The notes beneath the pieces are model-generated. The model saw only the letters and a program-made list of their open reading frames with translations. It searched no databases and was not told where the DNA came from. A DNA stretch of 64,000 nt. Origin: a virus (Duplodnaviria; Caudoviricetes). The first letter of the stretch is position 1; every line of letters begins with the position of its first letter. Shown here in pieces: positions 1-9,707 of the stretch. The position numbers and the translations under genes were made by a program. The stretch spans positions 1 to 64,000 of the IMG/VR virus record IMGVR_UViG_3300005611_001698, one strand, 5' to 3'.

Positions 1-495
1 ATAAGTCTCGTGACACACCATACCCTGGGTAAATAATCCATCAAATGGCTCTGTTAAGTTTAAATTTATATTATTGTAAGAAAGTGCATTCATAAAAAAT
101 CTTGAATAAAGAAGATGCAGTATTGCATGTTCAACTCCACCAATATATTGATCAACAGGCATCCAATATTTTAAATCTTGTAAATCATACCCATAACTAT
201 CTTTATTAGGTGAACAAAACCTTAAAAAATACCAAGATGAGTCCACAAACGTATCAAGTGTATCAGTCTCTCTTACAAGTTTCTTTCCATCTAATGTTAT
301 ACTTTTCCAATTTTCATCAACATCAAGTGGATTTCCCGATGTTTTAAATTTGTCTATTTTGGGCAATTTAACAGGCAACATTTCTTTTGGAATTTTTACA
401 GGATTATTTTTTTCATCATAAGCAATAGGAATTGGACAACCCCAATATCTTTGACGAGAAATACCCCAATCTTTTAATCTAAAATTAATTTTTCT
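1..495 (-). pseudogene. leuS: Internal fragment of bacterial leucyl-tRNA synthetase (no start; runs off the window edge); probably non-phage chimeric DNA
   Basis: Manual minus-strand translation (not in the ORF track): [21 protein letters not shown]...[21 protein letters not shown]...[25 protein letters not shown]...[17 protein letters not shown], all LeuRS signature segments. The DNA is very AT-rich. Confidence 0.9.
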
Positions 496-1156
496 TTTCT
501 TCTTCTGTTCTAGGAATACCTTTATTCCACGGAACAACACCTTTTCTTTTTTCGCTCATAGATTGCAGAGCTTCTTGTGAAAATATCCCCGTCATACCTT
601 TATTCCAAACAACATTATTTTTATGCCATTCTTTATGACCCATTCGCATTTTCATTTTTTCCTCTTCAGTCCTAGGAATACCCTTATTCCAAGGAACTTG
701 TCCTTTATTCTTTTCTTTTAACTTTTGTTTTGTTTCTTCGCTGTGTTTTTTACCAATCCAAGGATGTGGTTGATTCTTCCAAGTTTCTGCTGTCTTTTGC
801 TTTAAAAGTTCTTTTGTTTCTTCTGTGTGAGTTTTTCCATAAAAGGGATTTTTTTCACCTATCATATCATAAAAGATAAATTTTTTAGAAGTTTGTTGTG
901 CTTTATTTGCAAAGTGTGGATTTTTTCCTACTTCATAAAATTCGTGAAGAAGTATTTCATCTGCTATTGCTTCTTCCCTAGTTTTATAGTCACTTCTTAA
1001 AATGATTTTATGAGATGGATTAAAATTTTTATCACTAAAACTTCCAAAGTAATTTACATCTTCTTCTGGTAAGCAATTACAACTTCTGCTACCAAAATAA
1101 CCCATACCCCATTCTTCATAAGAATAGTATGTATAGTGGTACTTCTTGTTAGACAT
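485..1156 (-). CDS. Putative homing endonuclease (GIY-YIG-like N-terminus, NUMOD3-type repeats); C-terminus possibly truncated at the junction
   Basis: [17 protein letters not shown]-terminus; repeats [26 protein letters not shown] and two copies of [13 protein letters not shown]. Confidence 0.75.
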   Translation of the reverse strand: MSNKKYHYTYYSYEEWGMGYFGSRSCNCLPEEDVNYFGSFSDKNFNPSHKIILRSDYKTREEAIADEILLHEFYEVGKNPHFANKAQQTSKKFIFYDMIGEKNPFYGKTHTEETKELLKQKTAETWKNQPHPWIGKKHSEETKQKLKEKNKGQVPWNKGIPRTEEEKMKMRMGHKEWHKNNVVWNKGMTGIFSQEALQSMSEKRKGVVPWNKGIPRTEEEKKN

Positions 1157-1203
1157 TTCTTACTGATTTGGGTTGCATTATTATTTATTCATATTATAGC
1201 ATT

Positions 1204-1228
1204 AAAAAGGAGGGACTTCCACCCTCCT
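1204..1228 (-). terminator. Rho-independent terminator
   Basis: Minus strand AGGAGGG-tggaagt-CCCTCCT followed by a T-tract, downstream of the oxygenase genes. Confidence 0.7.
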
Positions 1229-1267
1229 CCTGAAAAGTGCAACCCAATCAGGTATTTGTATTTATCT

Positions 1268-2005
1268 CTATCTGGACCTATCCATATAGCAGTGTGCCCT
1301 CTGCCCATCAGCCAAAACAAAATGAAAAAAGATTTGATGATAATAAAGTTCAGTTTCTGAAGTCTTTTTACCAAACAGTTTCTTATTCTTCTTCTTTTGT
1401 ACACCAGGCATCGGGTCTCTCCAATGTGGCCTCTCACAACCCTTGTAGACCATTCCATCACCTGGTTTTAAGATGACAGATCTATTTTCTCCAGGAACCA
1501 AAACTTGAGTTTTCTTTTTATCTGTGTATTGGTCTGGAGTTTTTATGTGTATTGGCCAATCAGCATCCTTACCTTCTAGGTTGGTGCTGACATGAACTGA
1601 TACTGAAATCTCACATGCATCACGATCAGCATGACGAGTCAGTTCCTGACCAGGGAAGTAATACCGATCATAGTAGTAAGTATTATACAACTTACGACCG
1701 ATGATTTCCTCCAGTTTCATACGAATACCAGAGTGAATCGCACGATATTGTGGGTGCCAATAACGAGATGTAGAACCTTCAACCTGCTGCTCTACAGGAA
1801 CATGATTAAAGTGTTCTGGGTTCTTATCCCAATAGTTATACTGACCCTTTTGTTCGGGAACTGGGTGATAAAGTTCTTCAGCATCCCAAAGATCTTTAAC
1901 TACCAGATATCCATTCTTATCAAAATCTTCATTACGAGTCCAGGCAGTTCCAGTGTTTTGCCTCTCCTGCATCATCAGTTGCAGTTCGTTCATTTGTTCT
2001 GCCAT
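1268..2005 (-). CDS. 2OG-Fe(II) oxygenase superfamily protein
   Basis: LTRHADRDACEISVS (HxD), LKPGDGMVYKGCERPHWR (distal His), QIFFHF. Confidence 0.75.
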   Translation of the reverse strand: MAEQMNELQLMMQERQNTGTAWTRNEDFDKNGYLVVKDLWDAEELYHPVPEQKGQYNYWDKNPEHFNHVPVEQQVEGSTSRYWHPQYRAIHSGIRMKLEEIIGRKLYNTYYYDRYYFPGQELTRHADRDACEISVSVHVSTNLEGKDADWPIHIKTPDQYTDKKKTQVLVPGENRSVILKPGDGMVYKGCERPHWRDPMPGVQKKKNKKLFGKKTSETELYYHQIFFHFVLADGQRAHCYMDRSR

Positions 2006-2013
2006 TTTCTACC

Positions 2014-2634
2014 TCACTTCCAACGGGGTCCAACAGTCCATCCAACGATAGACTTTCGGGTTCCTTTTGTGACTTTCAAAACTCGGTGTTGTGTGCGGGA
2101 GTCAAACAATACAATCGTGCCACGCTTACGGGGAACAATATAAGAGTTGCCTGCTTCATCCAGCAGTTGCACATTACCACCCTCATAATCATCAGGGTCA
2201 GAGAGTTGCATCGCAAAAGATAGTTTACGAACCATCTCAATATTCTCATTCACAAAATCATTAGCGAGACCTTCTTGACGATTGCCTACTGATTGTGGTT
2301 TGTATTGAGTGGCAAGTCCTGCATCATTGTGCCATCCGTAGAACTGACCTTCACCATATCGGGTGTATTGCATTGATTCTCCATCAATACACCGCAGATC
2401 ATACAAGAAGTTCTCACGGTTTGCTCTTTGAATATAGTGCCACAAGAAACCACCGACCCAATGAGTCGTTGGAATCCAAGCATTTTGTGAGTTACGCTTG
2501 TCTTTATTCAGGGCATCTCCATGAAGTTTGGAGTCTCCCATTTGTTCATCAAACTTTTCCGAAACATCCCGTTCAATAATGTCTACAATATCTTCTGGTA
2601 GATCCGAGTAGTACCACACGCTCTGGAAGGCCAA
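2014..2634 (-). CDS. PKHD-type 2OG-Fe(II) oxygenase / prolyl-hydroxylase-like protein (TTG start)
   Basis: FYGWHND, RKLSF..QLSDPDDYEGG, FDSRTQHRVLKVTKGTRKSIVGW; AGGAGA RBS upstream. Confidence 0.85.
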   Translation of the reverse strand: MAFQSVWYYSDLPEDIVDIIERDVSEKFDEQMGDSKLHGDALNKDKRNSQNAWIPTTHWVGGFLWHYIQRANRENFLYDLRCIDGESMQYTRYGEGQFYGWHNDAGLATQYKPQSVGNRQEGLANDFVNENIEMVRKLSFAMQLSDPDDYEGGNVQLLDEAGNSYIVPRKRGTIVLFDSRTQHRVLKVTKGTRKSIVGWTVGPRWK

Positions 2635-2664
2635 AGTTCAATCTCCTATTATGTGTTCAACGAT

Positions 2665-2693
2665 ATTATATATCAGTTATGAAAGAGTGTCAA
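2665..2693 (-). promoter_or_regulatory. Sigma70-type (early) promoter
   Basis: Perfect TTGACA-17nt-TATAAT upstream of the oxygenase pair. Confidence 0.8.
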
Positions 2694-3647
2694 TTATGGA
2701 GTATATCTGATGACAACTATACCAGATCCGCCATTACCACCGCTACCACTGACATCACCACCACCACCTCCACCACCACCACTATTAGTGGTGCCAGCAG
2801 ATCCATTACCACCACCGCCACCTCCAGTGGCAGCACCGTTACCTCCACCTCCAGAACCTCCAGCTGCAGGACCATTTCTAGATCCACCGCCACCGCCTGC
2901 AAAATATCCGCTTAATGGTGAAAGAGCAGGAACACCAATCAATGAACCAGTATAGGCAGGGAACTGTGATCCAACACCACCGTAAGTGTCAGAACCTGGA
3001 CCACCAGCACCACCGGCACCACCACCGCCGCCACCACCATTGCTCGCTCCGCCACCTCCAGAATTTCCTTGTGCTGTTGGAGATATACCATCCGGAGATG
3101 TAACTGCGGATCCTCCTCCTCTCTCTGTGCCACCACCACATCCACCGCCACCGGAACCACCATTTGCTCCTGGTTGATTAGCAGGCGATACGCTTTCAGA
3201 TCCTCCTCCTCTACCACCACCAGTAGCTACAACTAATGTTCCAATACTACTATCACCACCATTTGTTGCTGTTGATGGCTGCGGAGCACCAGTTCCTCCA
3301 GGACCAACTGTTATTGTATGAGAACCGGTAGGCAATGTTAATGATGAAATATTTCTAACACCTCCGGCACCTCCGCCTCCACCATCATCAGCACCTCCGC
3401 CACCACCACCGGCAACAACAAGAACCTCTACACTTTTTTCCGATCCTATTACAGTAAAAGTTCCAGGTGAAGTAAATGTGTGATATTTATAACCGTTTCC
3501 TGGTTCTAATCCATCAACATTTCCACCAGATGCTGAGGCGGTCACTCTTGAACTCTGAACATCACCTCTTAGGGATAAGTCAGTATCTTTACTAACACCA
3601 AGAAGTTTACTTACAGTTCTTGCGAGTGATGATTTGATTGGAGCCAT
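2694..3647 (-). CDS. Glycine-rich domain protein (putative adhesin/receptor-binding tip), single domain
   Basis: ASGG..YKYHTFTSPGTF..VEVLVVAGGGGGG..YFAGGGGG..GGSGIVVIRY architecture. Confidence 0.75.
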   Translation of the reverse strand: MAPIKSSLARTVSKLLGVSKDTDLSLRGDVQSSRVTASASGGNVDGLEPGNGYKYHTFTSPGTFTVIGSEKSVEVLVVAGGGGGGADDGGGGGAGGVRNISSLTLPTGSHTITVGPGGTGAPQPSTATNGGDSSIGTLVVATGGGRGGGSESVSPANQPGANGGSGGGGCGGGTERGGGSAVTSPDGISPTAQGNSGGGGASNGGGGGGGAGGAGGPGSDTYGGVGSQFPAYTGSLIGVPALSPLSGYFAGGGGGSRNGPAAGGSGGGGNGAATGGGGGGNGSAGTTNSGGGGGGGGDVSGSGGNGGSGIVVIRYTP

Positions 3648-3650
3648 ATA

Positions 3651-4013
3651 TCAAACCTCCTTATCACCAGTTACCATGAAATTAACATGTGTTGCTGCCA
3701 ATCCAGTAACATTTCCTGTTCCTACAACCAACTGATCACCAGTTGATTCCAACACAATCGGATATGATGGTTCTAATAATATCGTCTCACCTGCATTTAC
3801 ATCAACATCAAAGATTTTATTTGTTGGTCCACTCGTAATACCAGAAGGACAATAATACACCTGTGCAGTTCCAGTACCAATACCCGTTCCAGCAGCATGG
3901 CAAATAATAGATTTCACATAAATCTTTTTGTCACTGGTAACCGTAACGATTCCTACGGATGTACCAGCACCAACTTGATGAACATCAGATAATTTTCCTC
4001 TATTAAGTGCCAT
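3651..4013 (-). CDS. Small beta-rich virion protein, putative fibre-adhesin adaptor (family 2)
   Basis: Resembles 9278..9685 (MALNRGKL/MGLKRTKL; ETILLEPSYPIVL/ETFFYEMNYPLVL); has its own late promoter. Confidence 0.6.
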   Translation of the reverse strand: MALNRGKLSDVHQVGAGTSVGIVTVTSDKKIYVKSIICHAAGTGIGTGTAQVYYCPSGITSGPTNKIFDVDVNAGETILLEPSYPIVLESTGDQLVVGTGNVTGLAATHVNFMVTGDKEV

Positions 4014-4042
4014 GACTTATACTTTTTAGTTATTTAGTAAGA

Positions 4043-4432
4043 TTAACCAGCACCATATAACCAGGTGTCAAATTGATTCCAACTCTCAACACCTGTAAGT
4101 GCTGATCCATCACCTTTGAATGATGTGGCGGTTACAACACCAGAAACATTTACACCAAGTGCAGTAACAATACCAACAAACTCAGCTTGACCAGTTGCAG
4201 TAATTGTACCACCAACACCTGATGCACCAAACTCAATTCCAGATCTTGCAGTAATAATACCAACAGAATCAATATTAGTTACATCTTCATAAGTTAAAAC
4301 ACCACCAACAGTCATATTGCCAGTGACATTTGCCGTTGTCGCAGTTAAGACACCAGTGACAACTGCCCCAGTTGGAATACCAATAGGACCACCAGTTCGG
4401 TTTCTTATATTGTCAACGTATAACTGTGACAT
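4043..4432 (-). CDS. Short fibre-like virion protein
   Basis: GVLTYEDVTNIDSVGIITARSG and VVTATSFKGDGSALTG fibre motifs; N-terminus similar to 6979..7245. Confidence 0.7.
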   Translation of the reverse strand: MSQLYVDNIRNRTGGPIGIPTGAVVTGVLTATTANVTGNMTVGGVLTYEDVTNIDSVGIITARSGIEFGASGVGGTITATGQAEFVGIVTALGVNVSGVVTATSFKGDGSALTGVESWNQFDTWLYGAG

Positions 4433-4454
4433 CTTAGATCTTTCTAGTTATTTA

Positions 4455-6524
4455 TTAGGTGGGATATGCGATGAGAACAATACCGGAACCACCAGCACTA
4501 CCATCTATACCATTAGGTCCACTAGAACCACCACCAGATCCTGTGTTTATAATTGCTGCTCGACCTGCATAGTATGTGGGTGCATGAGGAATACCAGCTT
4601 TATTACTTCCACCACGTCCACCTCCTCCATATCCTCCATCTCCACCCCAGGTGTCATATGAAGATCCAGTGTGGGCTGCGTGATATCCAGCACCACCACC
4701 TCCTCCAAGGTATCCTCCACCTGCTGCTGGACCAGGCGTTCCATAAAATATCTCTGCCGCATCATTTCCAGGATCACGGAAAACAGTAGGTATCTGAATT
4801 CCATTTCCACCAGTGCCGTTAGGAGTATTTCCAGCACCACCAGCACCACCGCCCCCGCCGCCAGTGCCACCACCACTATAAACTAGCCCTGTAGCTCCAT
4901 TATTTCCTTGAGGTCCACCGCTGCCTGCGTTTGGACCCGAAAGTCCTGGTTGTATCAGTGCTCCACCACCACCTGATCCAAGAGGAACTGTTGCACCAGA
5001 TCCTAAAGGACTTCCTGGTGGTGGTCCTAAAGACCCACCTCCTCCGCCACCACCACAAGTAACTGTTCCTGTGGGGAAAGCAACTGTTGTACTGCTACCA
5101 TTACCTGGTGATGCATCTTGTCCAGCAAGACTACTTTGTTGGGGAAGACCAGAACCACCCGCAGCAACAGTAACCGCAAAACTAAACGGTCCCGAAAATG
5201 GAGTAGTGCTTGTTACATATCCACCAGCTCCACCGCCACCACCATGTTGGACACCACCTCCTCCTCCACCACCGATTGCGACATAAGTGACGGTTGTGCT
5301 ATCAGACCACTCTGATGTGGAAGCAAAAGTTCCAGTTGCATAAAATGCATGGATTGTATAAGAACCTTGAGTACTTATGACACCACCAGTTGCTTTTTGA
5401 TCATTAACTAGAGATCCACCAGGTCCGGGAACTGCATATCTAATAACAATCGCACCACCACCACCAGATCCCCCACTGAATGAAGCACCATCCCAGGCAC
5501 CTCCACCACCGCCACCACGACTTTGTGCAGCATTTTGACCGTTTCCACCACTACCATCACCGCCAACTGTGTAACCACTGGTAGATGCTGAAGGACCTCC
5601 CTGTCCTTGTCCTCCTACACGGGTTGGATAACCACCCATTCCTCCTCCACCACCGCCGGCAAAAAGAACAGGTAAAGTTGGTCCAAAAATGATTGTATGT
5701 GGATCTGCATTACCACCACTACCACTAGCTGGTGGTGGACCAGCACTACCAGCACTACCAGCGCCACCGCCTCCGGCACCACCATATGGAGATGAATTTG
5801 AACCAGCACCTCCAGCATAACCTTGTGTTGGGGCAGGACTACCGCCAGGAGTCTTATTAGCAGGTCCAGCAGCACCACCGCCAGCACCACCGTTTCCACC
5901 ACCACCAGAACCACCAGATTGACCTGCTCTATCAGTCGCACTGGAACCATTATTTGCTCCTCCTCCACCACCACCTTGAGCAGGTGCTGTTTTTGAACTA
6001 GGTGGTCCTATAAATGATTCTCCACCAGGTGTTCCTGCAGTGGGATTGCTCGATGATCCTGCTCCACCTGCTCCAATTACAATTGGATATGTTGTTCCTT
6101 CACTAACTGGCATAGTGGATTCTGCAGTTCCACCACCACCTGGACCCTCTGGCATGGAAGTTCTGAGGCCTCCTGCACCACCTCCACCACCTCCAAGGGT
6201 CGCACCGCCTCCGCCGCCACCAACGACAAGATAATCAACCGAAGAAATACCTGCGCCTGGCTCTACGACGAAAGATCCACTTGCTGTAAATGTATGACTA
6301 ATATAAGTTTGTGGTCCAACTGCATATTCATGAACAACTCCACCAGTTGCTTTTGTTTGTGGTGGTGGTGGTGTCCCTGGAGCATTGTAAATGTCTCCTT
6401 GTCTCTCAAAATATCCATGAGCAAATAAATCTAATATACCACCACCAACAGCACCATCTGCACCACCAGGAGTAGAATCTCCTTTATCCTGTGATAAACC
6501 TATCCTTCTGCCGAGATATCCCAT
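4455..6524 (-). CDS. Glycine-rich protein with two tandem Gly-rich domains (putative adhesin)
   Basis: Two KATGG..H.F...G.F...Y...GGGGGG units; ends GGSGIVLIAYPT. Confidence 0.75.
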   Translation of the reverse strand: MGYLGRRIGLSQDKGDSTPGGADGAVGGGILDLFAHGYFERQGDIYNAPGTPPPPQTKATGGVVHEYAVGPQTYISHTFTASGSFVVEPGAGISSVDYLVVGGGGGGATLGGGGGGAGGLRTSMPEGPGGGGTAESTMPVSEGTTYPIVIGAGGAGSSSNPTAGTPGGESFIGPPSSKTAPAQGGGGGGANNGSSATDRAGQSGGSGGGGNGGAGGGAAGPANKTPGGSPAPTQGYAGGAGSNSSPYGGAGGGGAGSAGSAGPPPASGSGGNADPHTIIFGPTLPVLFAGGGGGGMGGYPTRVGGQGQGGPSASTSGYTVGGDGSGGNGQNAAQSRGGGGGGAWDGASFSGGSGGGGAIVIRYAVPGPGGSLVNDQKATGGVISTQGSYTIHAFYATGTFASTSEWSDSTTVTYVAIGGGGGGGVQHGGGGGAGGYVTSTTPFSGPFSFAVTVAAGGSGLPQQSSLAGQDASPGNGSSTTVAFPTGTVTCGGGGGGGSLGPPPGSPLGSGATVPLGSGGGGALIQPGLSGPNAGSGGPQGNNGATGLVYSGGGTGGGGGGAGGAGNTPNGTGGNGIQIPTVFRDPGNDAAEIFYGTPGPAAGGGYLGGGGGAGYHAAHTGSSYDTWGGDGGYGGGGRGGSNKAGIPHAPTYYAGRAAIINTGSGGGSSGPNGIDGSAGGSGIVLIAYPT

Positions 6525-6536
6525 TACTTATTCTCC

Positions 6537-6950
6537 TCAGCTAATTTCTTCGTATGCAACAACTACGTTGATACTTCCTGCATTTGGTTGACAATAAACT
6601 CCAAGTGATCGGTCTTCTTCTAAGTATATTGCGTTCTCTTTACCAATAATAACAACAGAGGAGAATGTTGGAACTGCAATCGTTGATGCAATTGAAACTG
6701 TATTTGCTGCTCCAGTTGCAGTTGCTTTGTCGTAAATCTCTACTGTCACTCCTGTGGTATCTCCAACACCAGCAGCAACCAAACTATTAATCTTTAATAC
6801 CTTTCCACTACTAGCAGCATTAGAAACGATGGTGGTTACACCTGAGGTATTTTTGGGAACAGCAACCCCATCACCACCAGTATTGATTCCAGCAATAAAT
6901 GTTGATATGCCCGTGATAGTCGCAACATTTACAATATTCGGTGCAGCCAT
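6537..6950 (-). CDS. Small beta-rich virion protein, putative adaptor (family 1)
   Basis: MAAPNIVNVATITG..KINSLV..VPTFSSVVII..IYLEED..VVAYEEIS; has its own late promoter. Confidence 0.6.
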   Translation of the reverse strand: MAAPNIVNVATITGISTFIAGINTGGDGVAVPKNTSGVTTIVSNAASSGKVLKINSLVAAGVGDTTGVTVEIYDKATATGAANTVSIASTIAVPTFSSVVIIGKENAIYLEEDRSLGVYCQPNAGSINVVVAYEEIS

Positions 6951-6978
6951 TTCCTACAATACCTCTTTTGTTTATTTA

Positions 6979-7245
6979 TCAACCGAACACCATAGACAAA
7001 GCAATTGCCTTGCCTGGTGATGTTTTGCCATCAATCGCAGTTTCTAATGCACTACCAGATGCTGCAGCACTTGCTTCTGATGCAGTTCCTGTTACATTAC
7101 CAGTTACATTACCAGTTACATTACCAGTTAAATCACCACTGAAACTCGTTGCAGTTGCTACACCAGTAACGACGGCTCCTCTGGAAAAACCAACGGAACC
7201 GTCATCATCCTTATTTACAATATCATTAACTTGTAACTTTGACAT
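6979..7245 (-). CDS. Short fibre-like virion protein
   Basis: GAVVTGVATATSFSG, GNVT repeats, C-terminal GKAIALSMVFG. Confidence 0.7.
   Translation of the reverse strand: MSKLQVNDIVNKDDDGSVGFSRGAVVTGVATATSFSGDLTGNVTGNVTGNVTGTASEASAAASGSALETAIDGKTSPGKAIALSMVFG
7091..7126 (+). repeat. 12-bp tandem repeat (gttacattacca x3) encoding GNVT
   Basis: Read directly from the sequence. Confidence 0.85.
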
Positions 7246-7268
7246 GAGTTTATGTTTTTAGGTATTTA

Positions 7269-9266
7269 TCAGGTTGGGTATGCGATGAGAACGAGACCAG
7301 AACCACCACGAGCTCCTCCAAGTGGTGTTGCCGTAGTTCCACCAGCTGCACCACCACCAGTATTTGCCATGCCATTAAAACCATAAACTGGATATCTTGG
7401 ATCAGCAGGGTTTCTACAACCACCACCACCGACACCACCCACACCAGTAGCACTTGCACTATATGGTGTTGGTCCTAATGGAGGAGATGCTTGTGGGAAT
7501 GGAGTATAAACTGTTCCTGCTCCACCACCTGCTACAAAATAACCAGCAGTTGCACTAGGTCTAAATGGGTGATCTGGGAAGTTGTCATATTGGAATCCAT
7601 TTGGATCTCTAAATGTAGTTGGAAGTTGAACACCAGTTCCACCAGTAGAGTTTGGATTGCCCGCACCTCCGGCACCACCACCTCCACCACCAGTTGCATC
7701 ACCTGGTGTTCCATTACCACCTGGATGTCCCCATCCAGAAGTTGGGGTAGCACCTACTGTTCCTGGATATGGAGATCCAGTACCAGAAGCTCCAGTGCTT
7801 CCACCTCCTCCTTGTGTTCCACCAGCACCTGATGCACCAGGTTGAGCACCTCCTTCTGGTCCACTTCTAGAAGAACCACCACCAGGAATAGCAATTGGGA
7901 TTGTACCAATACTTGATGGTGAAGCTATTGGAGATTTTGCATTTCCTCCTGCACCAACAGTTATTGTGTAATTTACACTAGATCCAATGGGGGTAGTTCC
8001 AGTTCTGTATCCACCAGCACCACCTCCACCAGTAAATGCTCCACCACCTCCACCAACTACAACATACTCACATGTTTCTGAGAAAGTGCCTGGTGTTTGG
8101 AATGTACCAGTAGAAGTAAAGGTATGGATTGTCTTACCACCATAGAAACTAATGGCACCACCACTTGCTTTTGCATCTCCTGTGTCTACCGTACCGATTT
8201 GATAACGAACTACTACGATACCGGAACCACCGAATCCTCCACCTCCGTTTGTGTGGGGAGCTCCACCCCCACCGCCACCTGTGCTTGTACCCCCACTTCC
8301 ACCACCAGTTGATGATCCGTTCTCACCACTAAATAAGGCACTTCCTCCTCCGGTTCCAGGAGTGCCTGGTGGTTGTGATCCTGCTCCACCACCACCTCCT
8401 ATTCCTCCATTACCAGCAGTTGCTGCTCCGCCGATACCTGCTGAACCACCGCCACCGCCTGCAAAATAATAGGGACTTCCTAAAATAGTAGATTCAGCTC
8501 CTGGACCACCTGCACCACCTGTAGCAGGAGTTCCACCAGTTCCGTTCGTACCAGCACCGCCAGCTCCTCCTCCACCACCAGCACCATGCTGCCCAGACTC
8601 ACTTCCTGAACCACCTGGAAATCCTTGTGTTATTGGATATGGTGATGGGAGTGGAACAGCAGAGAGAACAGGAGCAGGAGTTGATGGATTATATCCAAAT
8701 CCACCACTACCTCTCAAAGATCCACCACCAGAACCACCAGGTCTTCCATTAACTTCTGGACTACCAGACTGTTCATGAGCACCGGCGCCACCACCATAAG
8801 AAATGACTGTACCAAATACTGACTGATTTCCATTAGTTCCTACTGATGGCGAGGATGGAGCTCCTGCACCACCCCCACCAACAGTGACTGTATAAGAACC
8901 TGGAGATGTGCTTACAGGAAATCCAGTTGCAGTTCTAAATCCACCGCCACCCCCACCACCAGATACTACACTACCTCCACCACCACCGCCAGCAACCACA
9001 AGATACTCAACAGTATCACCAAAAGTACCAGGTTCTGTTACATCAAAAGTTCCTGATGTAGTGAAGATGTGTGCTCTGTAAACATTACCAGGTCCTGGTT
9101 CAGTATAATCACTAACGACACCACCAGTTGCTGTTAGTCCTTGTGTTGGTCCAACATAGTTAGTTCCTCCACCACCAGCACCAAAAGTCTGTCTAAAATA
9201 CTCTAAAAGGTGTCCGTCTGATTTGTTAAGACCTGGACCTCTACTCTGTGATGATCTTGCTCCCAT
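7269..9266 (-). CDS. Glycine-rich protein with two tandem Gly-rich domains (putative adhesin)
   Basis: Same architecture as 4455..6524; ends GGSGLVLIAYPT. Confidence 0.75.
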   Translation of the reverse strand: MGARSSQSRGPGLNKSDGHLLEYFRQTFGAGGGGTNYVGPTQGLTATGGVVSDYTEPGPGNVYRAHIFTTSGTFDVTEPGTFGDTVEYLVVAGGGGGGSVVSGGGGGGGFRTATGFPVSTSPGSYTVTVGGGGAGAPSSPSVGTNGNQSVFGTVISYGGGAGAHEQSGSPEVNGRPGGSGGGSLRGSGGFGYNPSTPAPVLSAVPLPSPYPITQGFPGGSGSESGQHGAGGGGGAGGAGTNGTGGTPATGGAGGPGAESTILGSPYYFAGGGGGSAGIGGAATAGNGGIGGGGGAGSQPPGTPGTGGGSALFSGENGSSTGGGSGGTSTGGGGGGAPHTNGGGGFGGSGIVVVRYQIGTVDTGDAKASGGAISFYGGKTIHTFTSTGTFQTPGTFSETCEYVVVGGGGGAFTGGGGAGGYRTGTTPIGSSVNYTITVGAGGNAKSPIASPSSIGTIPIAIPGGGSSRSGPEGGAQPGASGAGGTQGGGGSTGASGTGSPYPGTVGATPTSGWGHPGGNGTPGDATGGGGGGAGGAGNPNSTGGTGVQLPTTFRDPNGFQYDNFPDHPFRPSATAGYFVAGGGAGTVYTPFPQASPPLGPTPYSASATGVGGVGGGGCRNPADPRYPVYGFNGMANTGGGAAGGTTATPLGGARGGSGLVLIAYPT

Positions 9267-9277
9267 GTCTAATCACC

Positions 9278-9685
9278 TCAAATATCTGTGTCGCCAAGGA
9301 TTTGGTAGTTGATAGCACTACCAATACCTGCTCCTCCAACTTCTGCTGCTGGTTGTGTAACCTCTACAATAATCTTCTCTCCATCAGTCAGCACCAGAGG
9401 ATAATTCATCTCATAGAAGAACGTTTCATTGGATGCAATATCAACTCTTGCTAATCTATATGCCGTCTGTCCTACAGAAATATCACTTACACCATTTGGA
9501 TACACATAAAGTGAGGAGGTTGCGGTTGCTAGTCCAGTATTATGCATCACCACACCACGCAAATAAGTGGTTGATGCAATACCAACACCACCAGCAGTTG
9601 GAGTAGTGCCAACCGTCAAGATACCAACGGTATTAATACCAGTAACTGCTTGAATTCCCAGTAATTTAGTTCTTTTAAGTCCCAT
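9278..9685 (-). CDS. Small beta-rich virion protein, putative adaptor (family 2)
   Basis: YLRGVVMHN..ETFFYEMNYPLVL..ILGDTD, paralogous to 3651..4013. Confidence 0.6.
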   Translation of the reverse strand: MGLKRTKLLGIQAVTGINTVGILTVGTTPTAGGVGIASTTYLRGVVMHNTGLATATSSLYVYPNGVSDISVGQTAYRLARVDIASNETFFYEMNYPLVLTDGEKIIVEVTQPAAEVGGAGIGSAINYQILGDTDI

Positions 9686-9707
9686 TGGTATATACTTTTA
9701 GAGTTAT

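Noticed and set aside
1-495. leuS as a phage auxiliary gene matched to the unusual tRNA-Leu, or as a prophage attachment site
   Set aside because: The fragment lacks its N-terminal half and a start, the join is out of frame, there is no integrase, and it does not look cyanobacterial
2679-8469. Pro-rich and His/Thr-rich plus-strand ORFs, and Val-rich alternative-frame ORFs
   Set aside because: They are antisense or frame shadows of GGT/GGA-rich glycine codons, with no independent RBS or promoter support
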